A stretch of 64,000 bases of DNA from Minisyncoccota bacterium (GTDB taxonomy: Bacteria; Patescibacteriota; Minisyncoccia; UBA6257; 2-01-FULL-56-20): contig JANWIW010000036.1 in assembly GCA_025449695.1 (NCBI GenBank), positions 320-64,319 of the forward strand, in the 5' to 3' direction. Both the position numbers and the translations under genes were made by a program. Under the pieces are notes generated by a model. It did no database searches. It was not told where the DNA came from and saw nothing but the letters and a program-made list of their open reading frames with translations. Positions 56,569 to 64,000 of this stretch are shown here, piece after piece. Position 1 is the first letter of the stretch; every line of letters begins with the position of its first letter.

Positions 56569-58554
56569 ATGGTCTCTAAAACCTTTACGAAATCAGGGAA
56601 AACCCAAGAAAACCAAGGATCGCCGGCTCTGAACCCCGATCAGGAGCGGGCGGTGAGGGCAGCGCCGGATAAGCCTCTCCTCATCGTGGCCGGAGCGGGG
56701 ACCGGCAAGACCGCCACCCTGACCAGCCGGGTGGCGTTCCTTATAAAAGAGGGGGTGCCCCCGGCTTCCATCTGCGCCATAACCTTCACCAACAAGGCCG
56801 CCCGGGAGATGGAAGAACGGATAGTTTCAAGTTTTAAGTTTTTAGCTTCTAGTGAAGACGAACCTCCAAAAACTAAAAACTACCCGCTGAAAACTAGGCC
56901 CTTTATCGGGACCTTTCACGCCTTCGGCGCGCGCATACTCAGGCGGCATGCGGCCCTCCTCGGCCGGACGCCGGGCTTCGTAATATTCGACGACCATGAT
57001 TCTTTCTCCCTGGTCAAGAAAATATTGAAGGACATGGACCGCCGCAAGGAAAGCCCGGCCATAATTCTCGGAAAGATCTCCGCGCTGAAGAACACTCCTT
57101 CCGGGGACCAGAAAGCCAAGCTAGATGCAGAGGCGCCGCTCGTGCAGTCTGTATTCGCGCGCTACGAAGCGGGGCTGGAGGAACAGAACGCTTTCGACTT
57201 TGACGACCTGCTGGCTAAAGTAGTGCTTCTCTTCCACAAGGCACCCGCCGTCCTCGACCGCTACCGGGCACAGTTCACCCACATCCTGATCGACGAGTAT
57301 CAGGACCTGAACGACCTCCAGTACGAGTTCACCCGCCTCCTTGTCGGAGACCGCGCCTCTATCTCGGTGGTCGGCGACGCGGAACAAACCATCTACGGAT
57401 GGCGGGGCTCCAATATCGAGATCTTCCTCCGTTTCCCGGACGATTGGGCGGAGGCGCACATGGTGACGCTGGACCAGAATTACCGTTCCACCCGGCACAT
57501 CCTGCGCGCGGCTTCCGGCGTGATCCAAAACAACGTGTACGACACGAAGGTCCAGCGCGCGACCGGCCTGTGGACTGAGAATGCGGAGGGAAAGAAAGTG
57601 GTCGCGCACGAGGCGCTGGGTGAAGACGCGGAAGCGGAGTGGATCGCGGAGCAGATAGGTTACAGGTTACAGGGTACAGGTTACAGAAAGAACGCGGACA
57701 CCGAGCCTGGAAGCCCAGGGCTGGAAGCTATAAGCTCGACTGCCATTCTCTACCGGACAAACGCGCAATCGCGCGCGCTGGAGCAGGCGCTCCTGCGACG
57801 GCGCATCCCGTACCGCGTGTACGGAGGATTGAAGTTCTACGAGCGCCGCGAGATCAAGGACATCGTCGCTGCCCTTCGTTATTCGCTGAACCCGAAGGAC
57901 CAACTCGCGCAGGAACGGCTGGAGAAGAACTTCTCGAAACGGATGTTCAGAACCCTGGCGGATGCGTTCGCGAACCATCCCGACCCGTCACCCCTGGCCC
58001 GCATCGACCTTTTCCTGAAGACAGCGGGCTACTTCGAGTACATGGAACGGAACATGACCAACCCCAGGGAACGCCGGGAAAACATAGAAGAATTGGTTCA
58101 CTTCGCCGCGGGCTACAAGGATATCGCGGAATTCCTGGGTGAGATCGCCCTCCTGCAATCCACCGACAACCTGAATGCGAACGGCCGCAGGATCAGAGCC
58201 GAGGCGCCGGGACAGACTCCGCAGGAGGAACATGCGGTTAGCCTGATGACGATCCATCTCGCCAAGGGACTGGAGTTTGACCGCGTGTTCGTGGCCGGGG
58301 TCGTAGAAGGGGTCCTGCCCCATGCGCGCTCCATGGGCAGCGTGGACGAGGTGCAGGAGGAGCGGCGGCTGATGTACGTCGCCATGACCCGTGCGCGCAA
58401 AGAGCTTTACCTGAGCTTCTACGAATTGCCTTCCCGTTTCCTGGGAGAAGTTCCCGAAGATACGCTGGAGTTCCAGAGCGAAACGGGCACCGATCGTAAG
58501 TCGCTCGATTACGACGGAGAAGAATATGAGGAGCGGTATATCAGCCTTGATTAG
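56569..58554 (+). CDS. UvrD/PcrA/Rep-family ATP-dependent DNA helicase carrying in-frame repeat-derived insertions
   Basis: Motifs I (AGAGTGKT), Ia (TFTNKAAREM), II (ILIDEYQD), III (GDAEQTIYGWRG), IV (YRST), V/VI (HLAKGLEFDRVF, MYVAMTRARK). Extra segments SSFKFLASSEDEPPKTKNYPLK and GYRLQGTGYRKN are encoded by heptamer repeat DNA. Confidence 0.9.
   Translation: MVSKTFTKSGKTQENQGSPALNPDQERAVRAAPDKPLLIVAGAGTGKTATLTSRVAFLIKEGVPPASICAITFTNKAAREMEERIVSSFKFLASSEDEPPKTKNYPLKTRPFIGTFHAFGARILRRHAALLGRTPGFVIFDDHDSFSLVKKILKDMDRRKESPAIILGKISALKNTPSGDQKAKLDAEAPLVQSVFARYEAGLEEQNAFDFDDLLAKVVLLFHKAPAVLDRYRAQFTHILIDEYQDLNDLQYEFTRLLVGDRASISVVGDAEQTIYGWRGSNIEIFLRFPDDWAEAHMVTLDQNYRSTRHILRAASGVIQNNVYDTKVQRATGLWTENAEGKKVVAHEALGEDAEAEWIAEQIGYRLQGTGYRKNADTEPGSPGLEAISSTAILYRTNAQSRALEQALLRRRIPYRVYGGLKFYERREIKDIVAALRYSLNPKDQLAQERLEKNFSKRMFRTLADAFANHPDPSPLARIDLFLKTAGYFEYMERNMTNPRERRENIEELVHFAAGYKDIAEFLGEIALLQSTDNLNANGRRIRAEAPGQTPQEEHAVSLMTIHLAKGLEFDRVFVAGVVEGVLPHARSMGSVDEVQEERRLMYVAMTRARKELYLSFYELPSRFLGEVPEDTLEFQSETGTDRKSLDYDGEEYEERYISLD
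56825..56896. repeat. intragenic inverted heptamer-repeat element (in-frame) inside the helicase gene
   Basis: tttcaagttttaagtttttagcttctagtg...aaaaactaaaaactaccc. The right arm is identical to the clpP leader repeat AACTAAAAACTACCC. Confidence 0.8.
57658..57687. repeat. intragenic tandem heptamer array (GGTTACA x4), in-frame inside the helicase gene
   Basis: ggttacaggttacagggtacaggttacaga encoding GYRLQGTGYR. Confidence 0.8.
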
Positions 58555-58625
58555 GTTCTAACCGTTCTAGCCGTTCCAGCGTTGTAGCGTTACGATTATC
58601 ACGACTAGAACGCTTAGCACATCTT
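58555..58625. repeat. 8/9-bp period tandem repeats between the helicase and ksgA
   Basis: gttctaaccgttctagccgttccagcgttgtagcgttacg...gactagaacgcttagcac. Confidence 0.75.
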
Positions 58626-58639
58626 GAACATTCTATTCT

Positions 58640-59440
58640 ATGCGTCAAAACCTTGGACAACACTTTCTGAATAATAAGGGGGTCCTCCGCCGGATCGCCG
58701 AGACGGTCGCCGCCGCCGATGCGGACACGATCATAGAGATCGGTCCCGGCCACGGGGAACTTACAGAGTTTCTAGTTGCTAGTTTTCAGTTTTCAGACAA
58801 GAACGAATCCCATCTCCGGCTTTTCCTTATCGAACGGGACCCCACGCTTGCGGAGGCGCTGCGAACGAAATTCGCCGATGACAAGCAGATCAGTGTCATT
58901 GAGGATGACGTCCTGGATGCCTTGGGCCCTATGACCCACGACCCACGACTTACGACTTACGCGATCTGCGGCAACCTGCCCTACTATCTCACCGGCCATC
59001 TTTTGCGCCTCATAGGAGAACTGCCGGAAATGCCCGCGGCGTGCGTGTTCACCATTCAAAAGGAAGTGGCGGAACGGCTGGCCGCCAAACCTCCACGCAT
59101 GAACAGGCTCGCGGCCGCAGTCCAGTTCTGGGCGGAGCCGAAGGTGATCGGGCTTATCTCCCGCAAGGATTTCTCACCGCCGCCGGAGGTGGACTCCGCC
59201 ACGGTGATGCTAAAGACGCGGCCCGGCGACCGCGGTGACGGTGACAGCTACTACCGCATGGTAAGGATCCTCTTTCAACAACCCAGAAAGACCATCGGCA
59301 ACAACCTCGCCGCTGCGGGCCTTTCAAGAGAAAACATCGCCGCAGGCTTCGCCAAGCTGGAGATAGATCCGGGAAACCGGCCTCAGGACTTAGGCATCGA
59401 GCAAATATCGAAAATCGCAGAGATCTTCCATGGTCTGTGA
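58640..59440 (+). CDS. rsmA: 16S rRNA (adenine1518/1519-N6)-dimethyltransferase KsgA/RsmA carrying in-frame repeat segments
   Basis: GQHFLNNKGVLRRI, SAM motif IIEIGPGHGELT, catalytic CGNLPYY. An insert FLVASFQFSD lies relative to the usual spacing between LT and LIE-D. Confidence 0.9.
   Translation: MRQNLGQHFLNNKGVLRRIAETVAAADADTIIEIGPGHGELTEFLVASFQFSDKNESHLRLFLIERDPTLAEALRTKFADDKQISVIEDDVLDALGPMTHDPRLTTYAICGNLPYYLTGHLLRLIGELPEMPAACVFTIQKEVAERLAAKPPRMNRLAAAVQFWAEPKVIGLISRKDFSPPPEVDSATVMLKTRPGDRGDGDSYYRMVRILFQQPRKTIGNNLAAAGLSRENIAAGFAKLEIDPGNRPQDLGIEQISKIAEIFHGL
58768..58798. repeat. intragenic heptamer array (AGTTGCT/AGTTTTC units), in-frame inside ksgA
   Basis: gtttctagttgctagttttcagttttcagac encoding FLVASFQFSD. 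Confidence 0.8.
58923..58952. repeat. intragenic heptamer array (ACGACCC/ACGACTT), in-frame inside ksgA
   Basis: gacccacgacccacgacttacgacttacgc encoding THDPRLTTY. Confidence 0.8.
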
Positions 59441-59490
59441 GGATCGGCTTGTAAAATGGGGAGAATATGGGGGTTTGATTCGGATTACCT

Positions 59491-59590
59491 GGGGATTATC
59501 CCGCATAACGGAGGTATATGTCGGGTGACCAGTCGGCACATGCGGGGATAGCGTAGGGATAATTTTTCGTCTCACTGGGGATAATCCACA
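59491..59590. promoter_or_regulatory. cluster of GGGGAT(A/T)AT motifs including one DnaA-box-like TAATCCACA
   Basis: ggggattatccc (59491), gggatagcgtagggataatt (59546), ggggataatccaca (59577), upstream of the large secreted protein gene. Confidence 0.3.
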
Positions 59591-59617
59591 ACATTCTTTG
59601 GATTTCCTGGGCATATA

Positions 59618-62152
59618 ATGAGAGGTGAAGAACTATACCTAATGCCCCATAGCGTTAAAAGCTTCGTAACGGCCTTCCTGGCAGTGGCCATCTTATTAAG
59701 TTCGACCTTCGTAGCCGGCTCTCTATATATAAATAGTAGACCGGTTCCCAAGGCCGTTCAGACCGCCCCTCACGTGACGAACGCCTTTGTGGACTCTTAC
59801 CCCGGGGGGGCGACCGATCCTGAAGTTCTGGCACTGCAACTGCGGGACGAGAACAACATGACCGGGCAGATCGCGAACGTCCTGGCGCAGGAACTGCTTA
59901 AGGCCAATCCCAACGGTCCGATTGATCAGAATGGAGAAAGCGTGATCGAGGTGCCGGGCAACCTGAACGTCTTAATTGACGAATATTTGCAGGGACATCC
60001 CAAATCGGAGGGACAGCTTGTGCCAAAGATAAGCGATAAGGATCTCGCGCTGACCGACGCCACCGACGCGCAGGCCATCACCCGCTATCTTGCCCAGGTG
60101 GAAGAAATCGTGAGCAAGCTTCCTCCGGAGCTGGAAGCGGTGGACGCCTCGACCGCCGAGTTTATGGTCAACCAGAACATTGAGATGTTCCACAAGACCT
60201 CGGGGCAGTTCAAATCGGTGAAGGTGCCGAGATCGATCGCTGACTTCCATAAATCGCTTTTGTTCTCCTTCCAGATATCCGCCAACTTCACACAACTGCT
60301 GGCCAGCGATCCCCTGGGAGCCGCCGCGCTCGGCGACACGTATCAAAGAGAGGTCACCAAAGCGCTGGATGATCTGACCGCAGAAGCGGAGCGGCTGCAG
60401 TCGGCCGGACTCATTCCCGCCCAAGAACGGCCCCTGGTGCAAAAACTGCTTGGCATTGAGACCGCTTACGCCTTCAGCGACGTTCCCGCATTCGCGCAAA
60501 GGGTCATCCAGATCGCTTACCAGATCAAGAAGTTCTACGACGATTACCTCAAGAAGTACATGGACATACTTCTTGAATACGCCAAGAACACCGTCCTTAA
60601 GGCGATGGCTGCGCAAGTGGTGAACTGGGTGGCGGGAGGCCCGGAACCGCAATTCGTAACGAATTGGGATGGCTTCTTAAGGCAGGCTGCGGATAACGGC
60701 ATCGGCAGGGTGCTGAACGAGGCCCTGCCCGCGGTGTGCGGAGGGCCCGACGACATCGGAAACCTGCTGACCAATGGCGCGCTTGGCCAGATGGCCCAGC
60801 TTATCCGGGACATCATGCAGCCCGTGAACACCCTGAACGGCAATTTGCCGTATGAACAATGCACGCTGAGCAAGGTGGTGCAAAACTTCAAAGACTTTGA
60901 ACGCGACCTAAGGAACGGCGGCTGGGTCGCGTACGCGGAACTCATGAAGCCCCAGAACACCCTGAACGGCAACCTGATCGCTATCGCCGACCGGAAACTC
61001 ACCATCGCCGGCAAACAGAGGGAAGAAGCCGAGAAACAAGCTGCGGCCGGCTCCGGATTCACCGGACAGCAGCTCTGCGACGACGGCAAGAAACCGCTCG
61101 ACAAGGGAGGTGCCGACGCCTACAACGCGCAGTTCATCGGCCCGGTCCAGCCGGGCAAGCAAAAGAATCCGGGAGATTGCGCCGATGGCAGCAGCCCCCA
61201 CGTCGCGACCCCCGGCATCTTCTCGAAGGACCTCACCAGCAAAGGATTCGATCATGCCTACGACAGGCTGGTCAATGCCCGCGATTGGAAGGCCATGCTG
61301 GCCTATGTCGCGGACATGGCGCTGAGCAACTTCATGAAAAAAAGCGCGAAAGGGCTTTTGAGCTACGCGCAAAGCACCAAGAGTTCCGGCGGGGGAGGAG
61401 GCAACGGAGGCCCGGTCACATCGCAGGCGCCCAACCCGGAACCAACAGCCACAAGCACCCTTGAGGAGGCTGGGCAGATACTGGCACGAAAGGAATCCTC
61501 CTTGGAAGACGCGCGCCGCTATGTGCAGTCGCTGACCGATACGGTCAACGCGCTGAATAACATACTGGGCGCGTGCAAGTCCGAGGCCAATGTTGTCGCC
61601 GACGCCAAAGTCCAGCTTCCTCCCCTCATGAGTCTGCGAGATACCATCAGCCTCAAGGTAGAAGACCTGAAGGCGGCGGTGGATGGACTCCGGCTCTTTA
61701 CCGCAACCCCGGGCAGCGCCGCCACGCTCCATACGCAGTTTGGAACTCTGGCCCAGGCGCAGACGGAAGCGGATAATCTCTCCATCCAACGCCAAAAAGC
61801 GGACGGGGTTACGCTCCAAACGCAAAATCTCTTCGTTGCCTGCAGCCAAAACTCCCTCTCCTTCCCGACGGACGGCGGCAATCCCGCGGAGACGAAGGTG
61901 GTCATCACCACGCCTGCCGACGGGGCAGCCGTGACAGGGACGGTGAACGTGAACGCCCAGGCCGTTGACGGCACCATCAAGCTCGAGATCTACATTGACG
62001 GAGCGCTGGCGGCTTCGCAAGAGAACGCAACCACGCTCACTCATCCATGGGACGCATCAGGGAGCGGTTCCCATACTATTTACGCCAAGGCTTATGACGC
62101 CGCGGCCACTGCGGCAACCTCAGCCACGGTAACTGTCACCTCGGGCCCATGA
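59618..62152 (+). CDS. large secreted/membrane-anchored protein (844 aa) with C-terminal Ig-like domain
   Basis: N-terminal signal anchor. C-terminus TKVVITTPADGAAVTGTVNVNAQAVDGTIKLEIYIDG...HTIYAKAYD resembles a bacterial Ig-like/BIG fold. Gly-rich linker. Confidence 0.55.
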   Translation: MRGEELYLMPHSVKSFVTAFLAVAILLSSTFVAGSLYINSRPVPKAVQTAPHVTNAFVDSYPGGATDPEVLALQLRDENNMTGQIANVLAQELLKANPNGPIDQNGESVIEVPGNLNVLIDEYLQGHPKSEGQLVPKISDKDLALTDATDAQAITRYLAQVEEIVSKLPPELEAVDASTAEFMVNQNIEMFHKTSGQFKSVKVPRSIADFHKSLLFSFQISANFTQLLASDPLGAAALGDTYQREVTKALDDLTAEAERLQSAGLIPAQERPLVQKLLGIETAYAFSDVPAFAQRVIQIAYQIKKFYDDYLKKYMDILLEYAKNTVLKAMAAQVVNWVAGGPEPQFVTNWDGFLRQAADNGIGRVLNEALPAVCGGPDDIGNLLTNGALGQMAQLIRDIMQPVNTLNGNLPYEQCTLSKVVQNFKDFERDLRNGGWVAYAELMKPQNTLNGNLIAIADRKLTIAGKQREEAEKQAAAGSGFTGQQLCDDGKKPLDKGGADAYNAQFIGPVQPGKQKNPGDCADGSSPHVATPGIFSKDLTSKGFDHAYDRLVNARDWKAMLAYVADMALSNFMKKSAKGLLSYAQSTKSSGGGGGNGGPVTSQAPNPEPTATSTLEEAGQILARKESSLEDARRYVQSLTDTVNALNNILGACKSEANVVADAKVQLPPLMSLRDTISLKVEDLKAAVDGLRLFTATPGSAATLHTQFGTLAQAQTEADNLSIQRQKADGVTLQTQNLFVACSQNSLSFPTDGGNPAETKVVITTPADGAAVTGTVNVNAQAVDGTIKLEIYIDGALAASQENATTLTHPWDASGSGSHTIYAKAYDAAATAATSATVTVTSGP

Positions 62153-64000
62153 ACCTCCTCTTGAACGCCGTAAAGACGCTTCGGACGCGCAAGGGAATCT
62201 GGATGCCTTTGATGGCCGCCCTGCTCATCGCGCCCCGGGTGACTCATGCGTTCACCCTGTTCAGCGTGGGCGACATCTTGAGCAAGGCCGTCATCTATCC
62301 TATATACGTGGTCGGCTGGATCGTGAGCCTCATCGGAGGCGTGTTCGTGGTCCTTGCCGCGTACCTCGTCCAGTTTATCCTGATCGTGAATATGCAGATC
62401 GTGCAGTCACCGGTGGTGGCGCTCGGCTATCCGGTCACGCTCTCCATCGCGAATCTCCTCTTCGTTCTCGGGCTCATCATTATCGCCGTCGCCACCATCC
62501 TGCAGCTCCAAAGCTACGGCATGAAGCAGGCGCTTTGGAAACTCATGGTCATCGCCATCGCGGTGAACTTCGGCCTGGTCATCGCCGGCACCATCCTGCG
62601 GGTTTCCGACAGCATCACCATGTATATGGTCCAATCCATTAATCCCTCCGGGAACACGGCGGGCGAGAGCTGGGGCGCCATGAAGGAGTTCGCGAGCACA
62701 TTAGCCGGAGCGTTCAATCCCCAGAAGGTCTTCAATGCGAGCCCCGATCTGGGCACCTTGAGCAAGGAAGAGATCACGACCTCCGCCGCCGCATTCAGCC
62801 TGAGCGCACCCGTAGCCCAGAACCTCCTGAAGCCGATCCTGGGCGTGATCCTTTCCGCGCTCACCTTGGCCATTATCATCATCTGCCTCCTCACCCTCGC
62901 GATCATGCTTATGATCCGCTACGTGAAACTGATACTTCTTCTCATTATGTTGCCCCTGAAGTGGGCGATGTGGCCTTTTCCCCTCTACAGCTCCAAGTTC
63001 ACCAAGTGGTGGACCGATTTCACCAAGCACGCGTTCTCGCCCATCCCCATCGTGTTCTCGCTCTGGCTCACCGTCATCGTCCTCCAGAGGATGAGCCAAG
63101 CTGATTCCAGCAACTTCAGCATCATGGGCCTCGACATGAGCGGCCAGGGCCAGAACAGCCTGGCGGCCGGCTTGCTCGGGCTCCTCGGCGGACTGGCGAT
63201 GCCGCTCGCGGATAACCTTCTGCGCATGGCCTTCGTGGGCGGCATCATGATGGCGGGGCTCGCGGGCTCGGCGGCGATGGGCGCGGAGTTCGCGAAGACC
63301 GCCGAGCGGGCCGTGCATGCGGGCGGCAAAGCCATGCGGCAGAACTTGGTACGCCGTGCCAATAATACCCGCCAGCGCGCCCAGAGCTGGGTGTCGGAGA
63401 AGACCATGCCAAAACTGCTCAAGCTGAAGCAAGGCGCGCAGCGTCTGAACGAGTTCAACCTGAGCGGCAAGGGCAGGAAAGGCATCGAGAAGGTTTCTAC
63501 GGAGAATGTCTTGCGCGATGAGCATGGCAACCTGCAGCTGAGCGAAGTGGCCACCAACGCAGCGGGCAAGCACGGCGTGCATGGCGATATAGTCACCGAT
63601 GCCGCAGGCAAGCAATACGCCGACTTCCAAACGAACACCGATGTCACGGGCGTAACCCAGTACATAGATAGCAAGACGGGTAAGGTGATTGTAGGTGCGA
63701 AAAACCCAACCCAGGCGTACATCACAAGGGATGGGGAAATATTCGATGTCGCAAGCGCGACCGACCGCCGGCTCGCTTACGCTACAGATCAGCGCAGCGT
63801 TGCAGAGGACATGAACGAGGTGCGGAACGGTAAGGTCGCGGTGGATGAGAGCGGCAACATAGTCAAAGCGGAGGAAGTGTTGACTATCCAGGGAAACCTG
63901 AAGAACACCTTCGTCGACAAGGACGGCAAGGGCCTTTCCGATGCCGAGGCGATGAAGAGATCCGGCCAAATCCTCACCAAGAAAAAGCTGGAAGAGGTTA
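62149..64000 (+). CDS. polytopic membrane protein (partial, runs off window end), TrbL/VirB6-like topology
   Basis: ATGA overlap with the upstream gene. No stop to the window end; my own hand translation gives at least 617 codons. At least 6 TM helices in the first 350 aa, then a soluble Lys-rich C-terminal domain. Not in the supplied ORF track because it has no stop. Confidence 0.5.
   Translation, partial: MNLLLNAVKTLRTRKGIWMPLMAALLIAPRVTHAFTLFSVGDILSKAVIYPIYVVGWIVSLIGGVFVVLAAYLVQFILIVNMQIVQSPVVALGYPVTLSIANLLFVLGLIIIAVATILQLQSYGMKQALWKLMVIAIAVNFGLVIAGTILRVSDSITMYMVQSINPSGNTAGESWGAMKEFASTLAGAFNPQKVFNASPDLGTLSKEEITTSAAAFSLSAPVAQNLLKPILGVILSALTLAIIIICLLTLAIMLMIRYVKLILLLIMLPLKWAMWPFPLYSSKFTKWWTDFTKHAFSPIPIVFSLWLTVIVLQRMSQADSSNFSIMGLDMSGQGQNSLAAGLLGLLGGLAMPLADNLLRMAFVGGIMMAGLAGSAAMGAEFAKTAERAVHAGGKAMRQNLVRRANNTRQRAQSWVSEKTMPKLLKLKQGAQRLNEFNLSGKGRKGIEKVSTENVLRDEHGNLQLSEVATNAAGKHGVHGDIVTDAAGKQYADFQTNTDVTGVTQYIDSKTGKVIVGAKNPTQAYITRDGEIFDVASATDRRLAYATDQRSVAEDMNEVRNGKVAVDESGNIVKAEEVLTIQGNLKNTFVDKDGKGLSDAEAMKRSGQILTKKKLEEV

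Noticed and set aside
60908-62044. 378-aa minus-strand ORF
   Set aside because: Antisense to the 844-aa secreted-protein gene. Low-complexity.
62701-63969. 422-aa minus-strand ORF
   Set aside because: Antisense to the polytopic membrane-protein ORF that runs to the window end on the plus strand.
1-64000. CRISPR arrays and rRNA genes
   Set aside because: The only regular repeats are the 7-bp arrays and palindromes described, with no repeat-spacer architecture of 25-40 bp units. No 16S/23S/5S-like conserved blocks were seen.

Overview
This is a high-GC bacterial chromosomal window with dense housekeeping content. Core genes on both strands include gyrA, rpsA, a dCMP deaminase-dut operon, glyA, dapF, ftsH, tyrS, clpP, an H+-pyrophosphatase, nusA, comM/yifB, a uvrD/pcrA-type helicase and ksgA/rsmA. 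Seven tRNA genes are present. One of them, most likely tRNA-Phe(GAA), is split by a 202-nt group I intron, and a LAGLIDADG-type endonuclease ORF overlaps its 5' end. The middle of the window (about 23.8-40.3 kb) is a mosaic accessory region. It holds three TrmB-family regulator paralogs, a RelE/ParE-Phd toxin-antitoxin pair, a YhbQ-like GIY-YIG nuclease gene bracketed by perfect 23-bp direct repeats, and a large serine recombinase whose ORF runs into tRNA-His. It also holds a strongly AT-rich four-gene minus-strand operon at 31.4-35.7 kb: an SF1 helicase with a NERD-like N-terminus, an unknown 237-aa protein, a PIN-like nuclease-domain protein and a DUF2000-like protein. I consider this operon the best candidate for an uncharacterised phage-defence or conflict system. 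The second striking feature is a dispersed family of AT-rich tandem heptanucleotide repeat arrays (units such as AGTTCTT / AACTAAA / TACTGTT / GGTTACA). They sit directly upstream of the start codons of gyrA, glyA, clpP, hppA, nusA and the dCMP deaminase, and at least four copies lie in-frame inside the uvrD/pcrA and ksgA coding regions. A separate small palindromic repeat family (CTGTCATCCTGAG) and a pair of covarying two-hairpin terminators were also found. Many long GC-rich ORFs in the track are antisense artefacts of real genes and were rejected. All functional calls rest on motif recognition by eye; no database searches were run.
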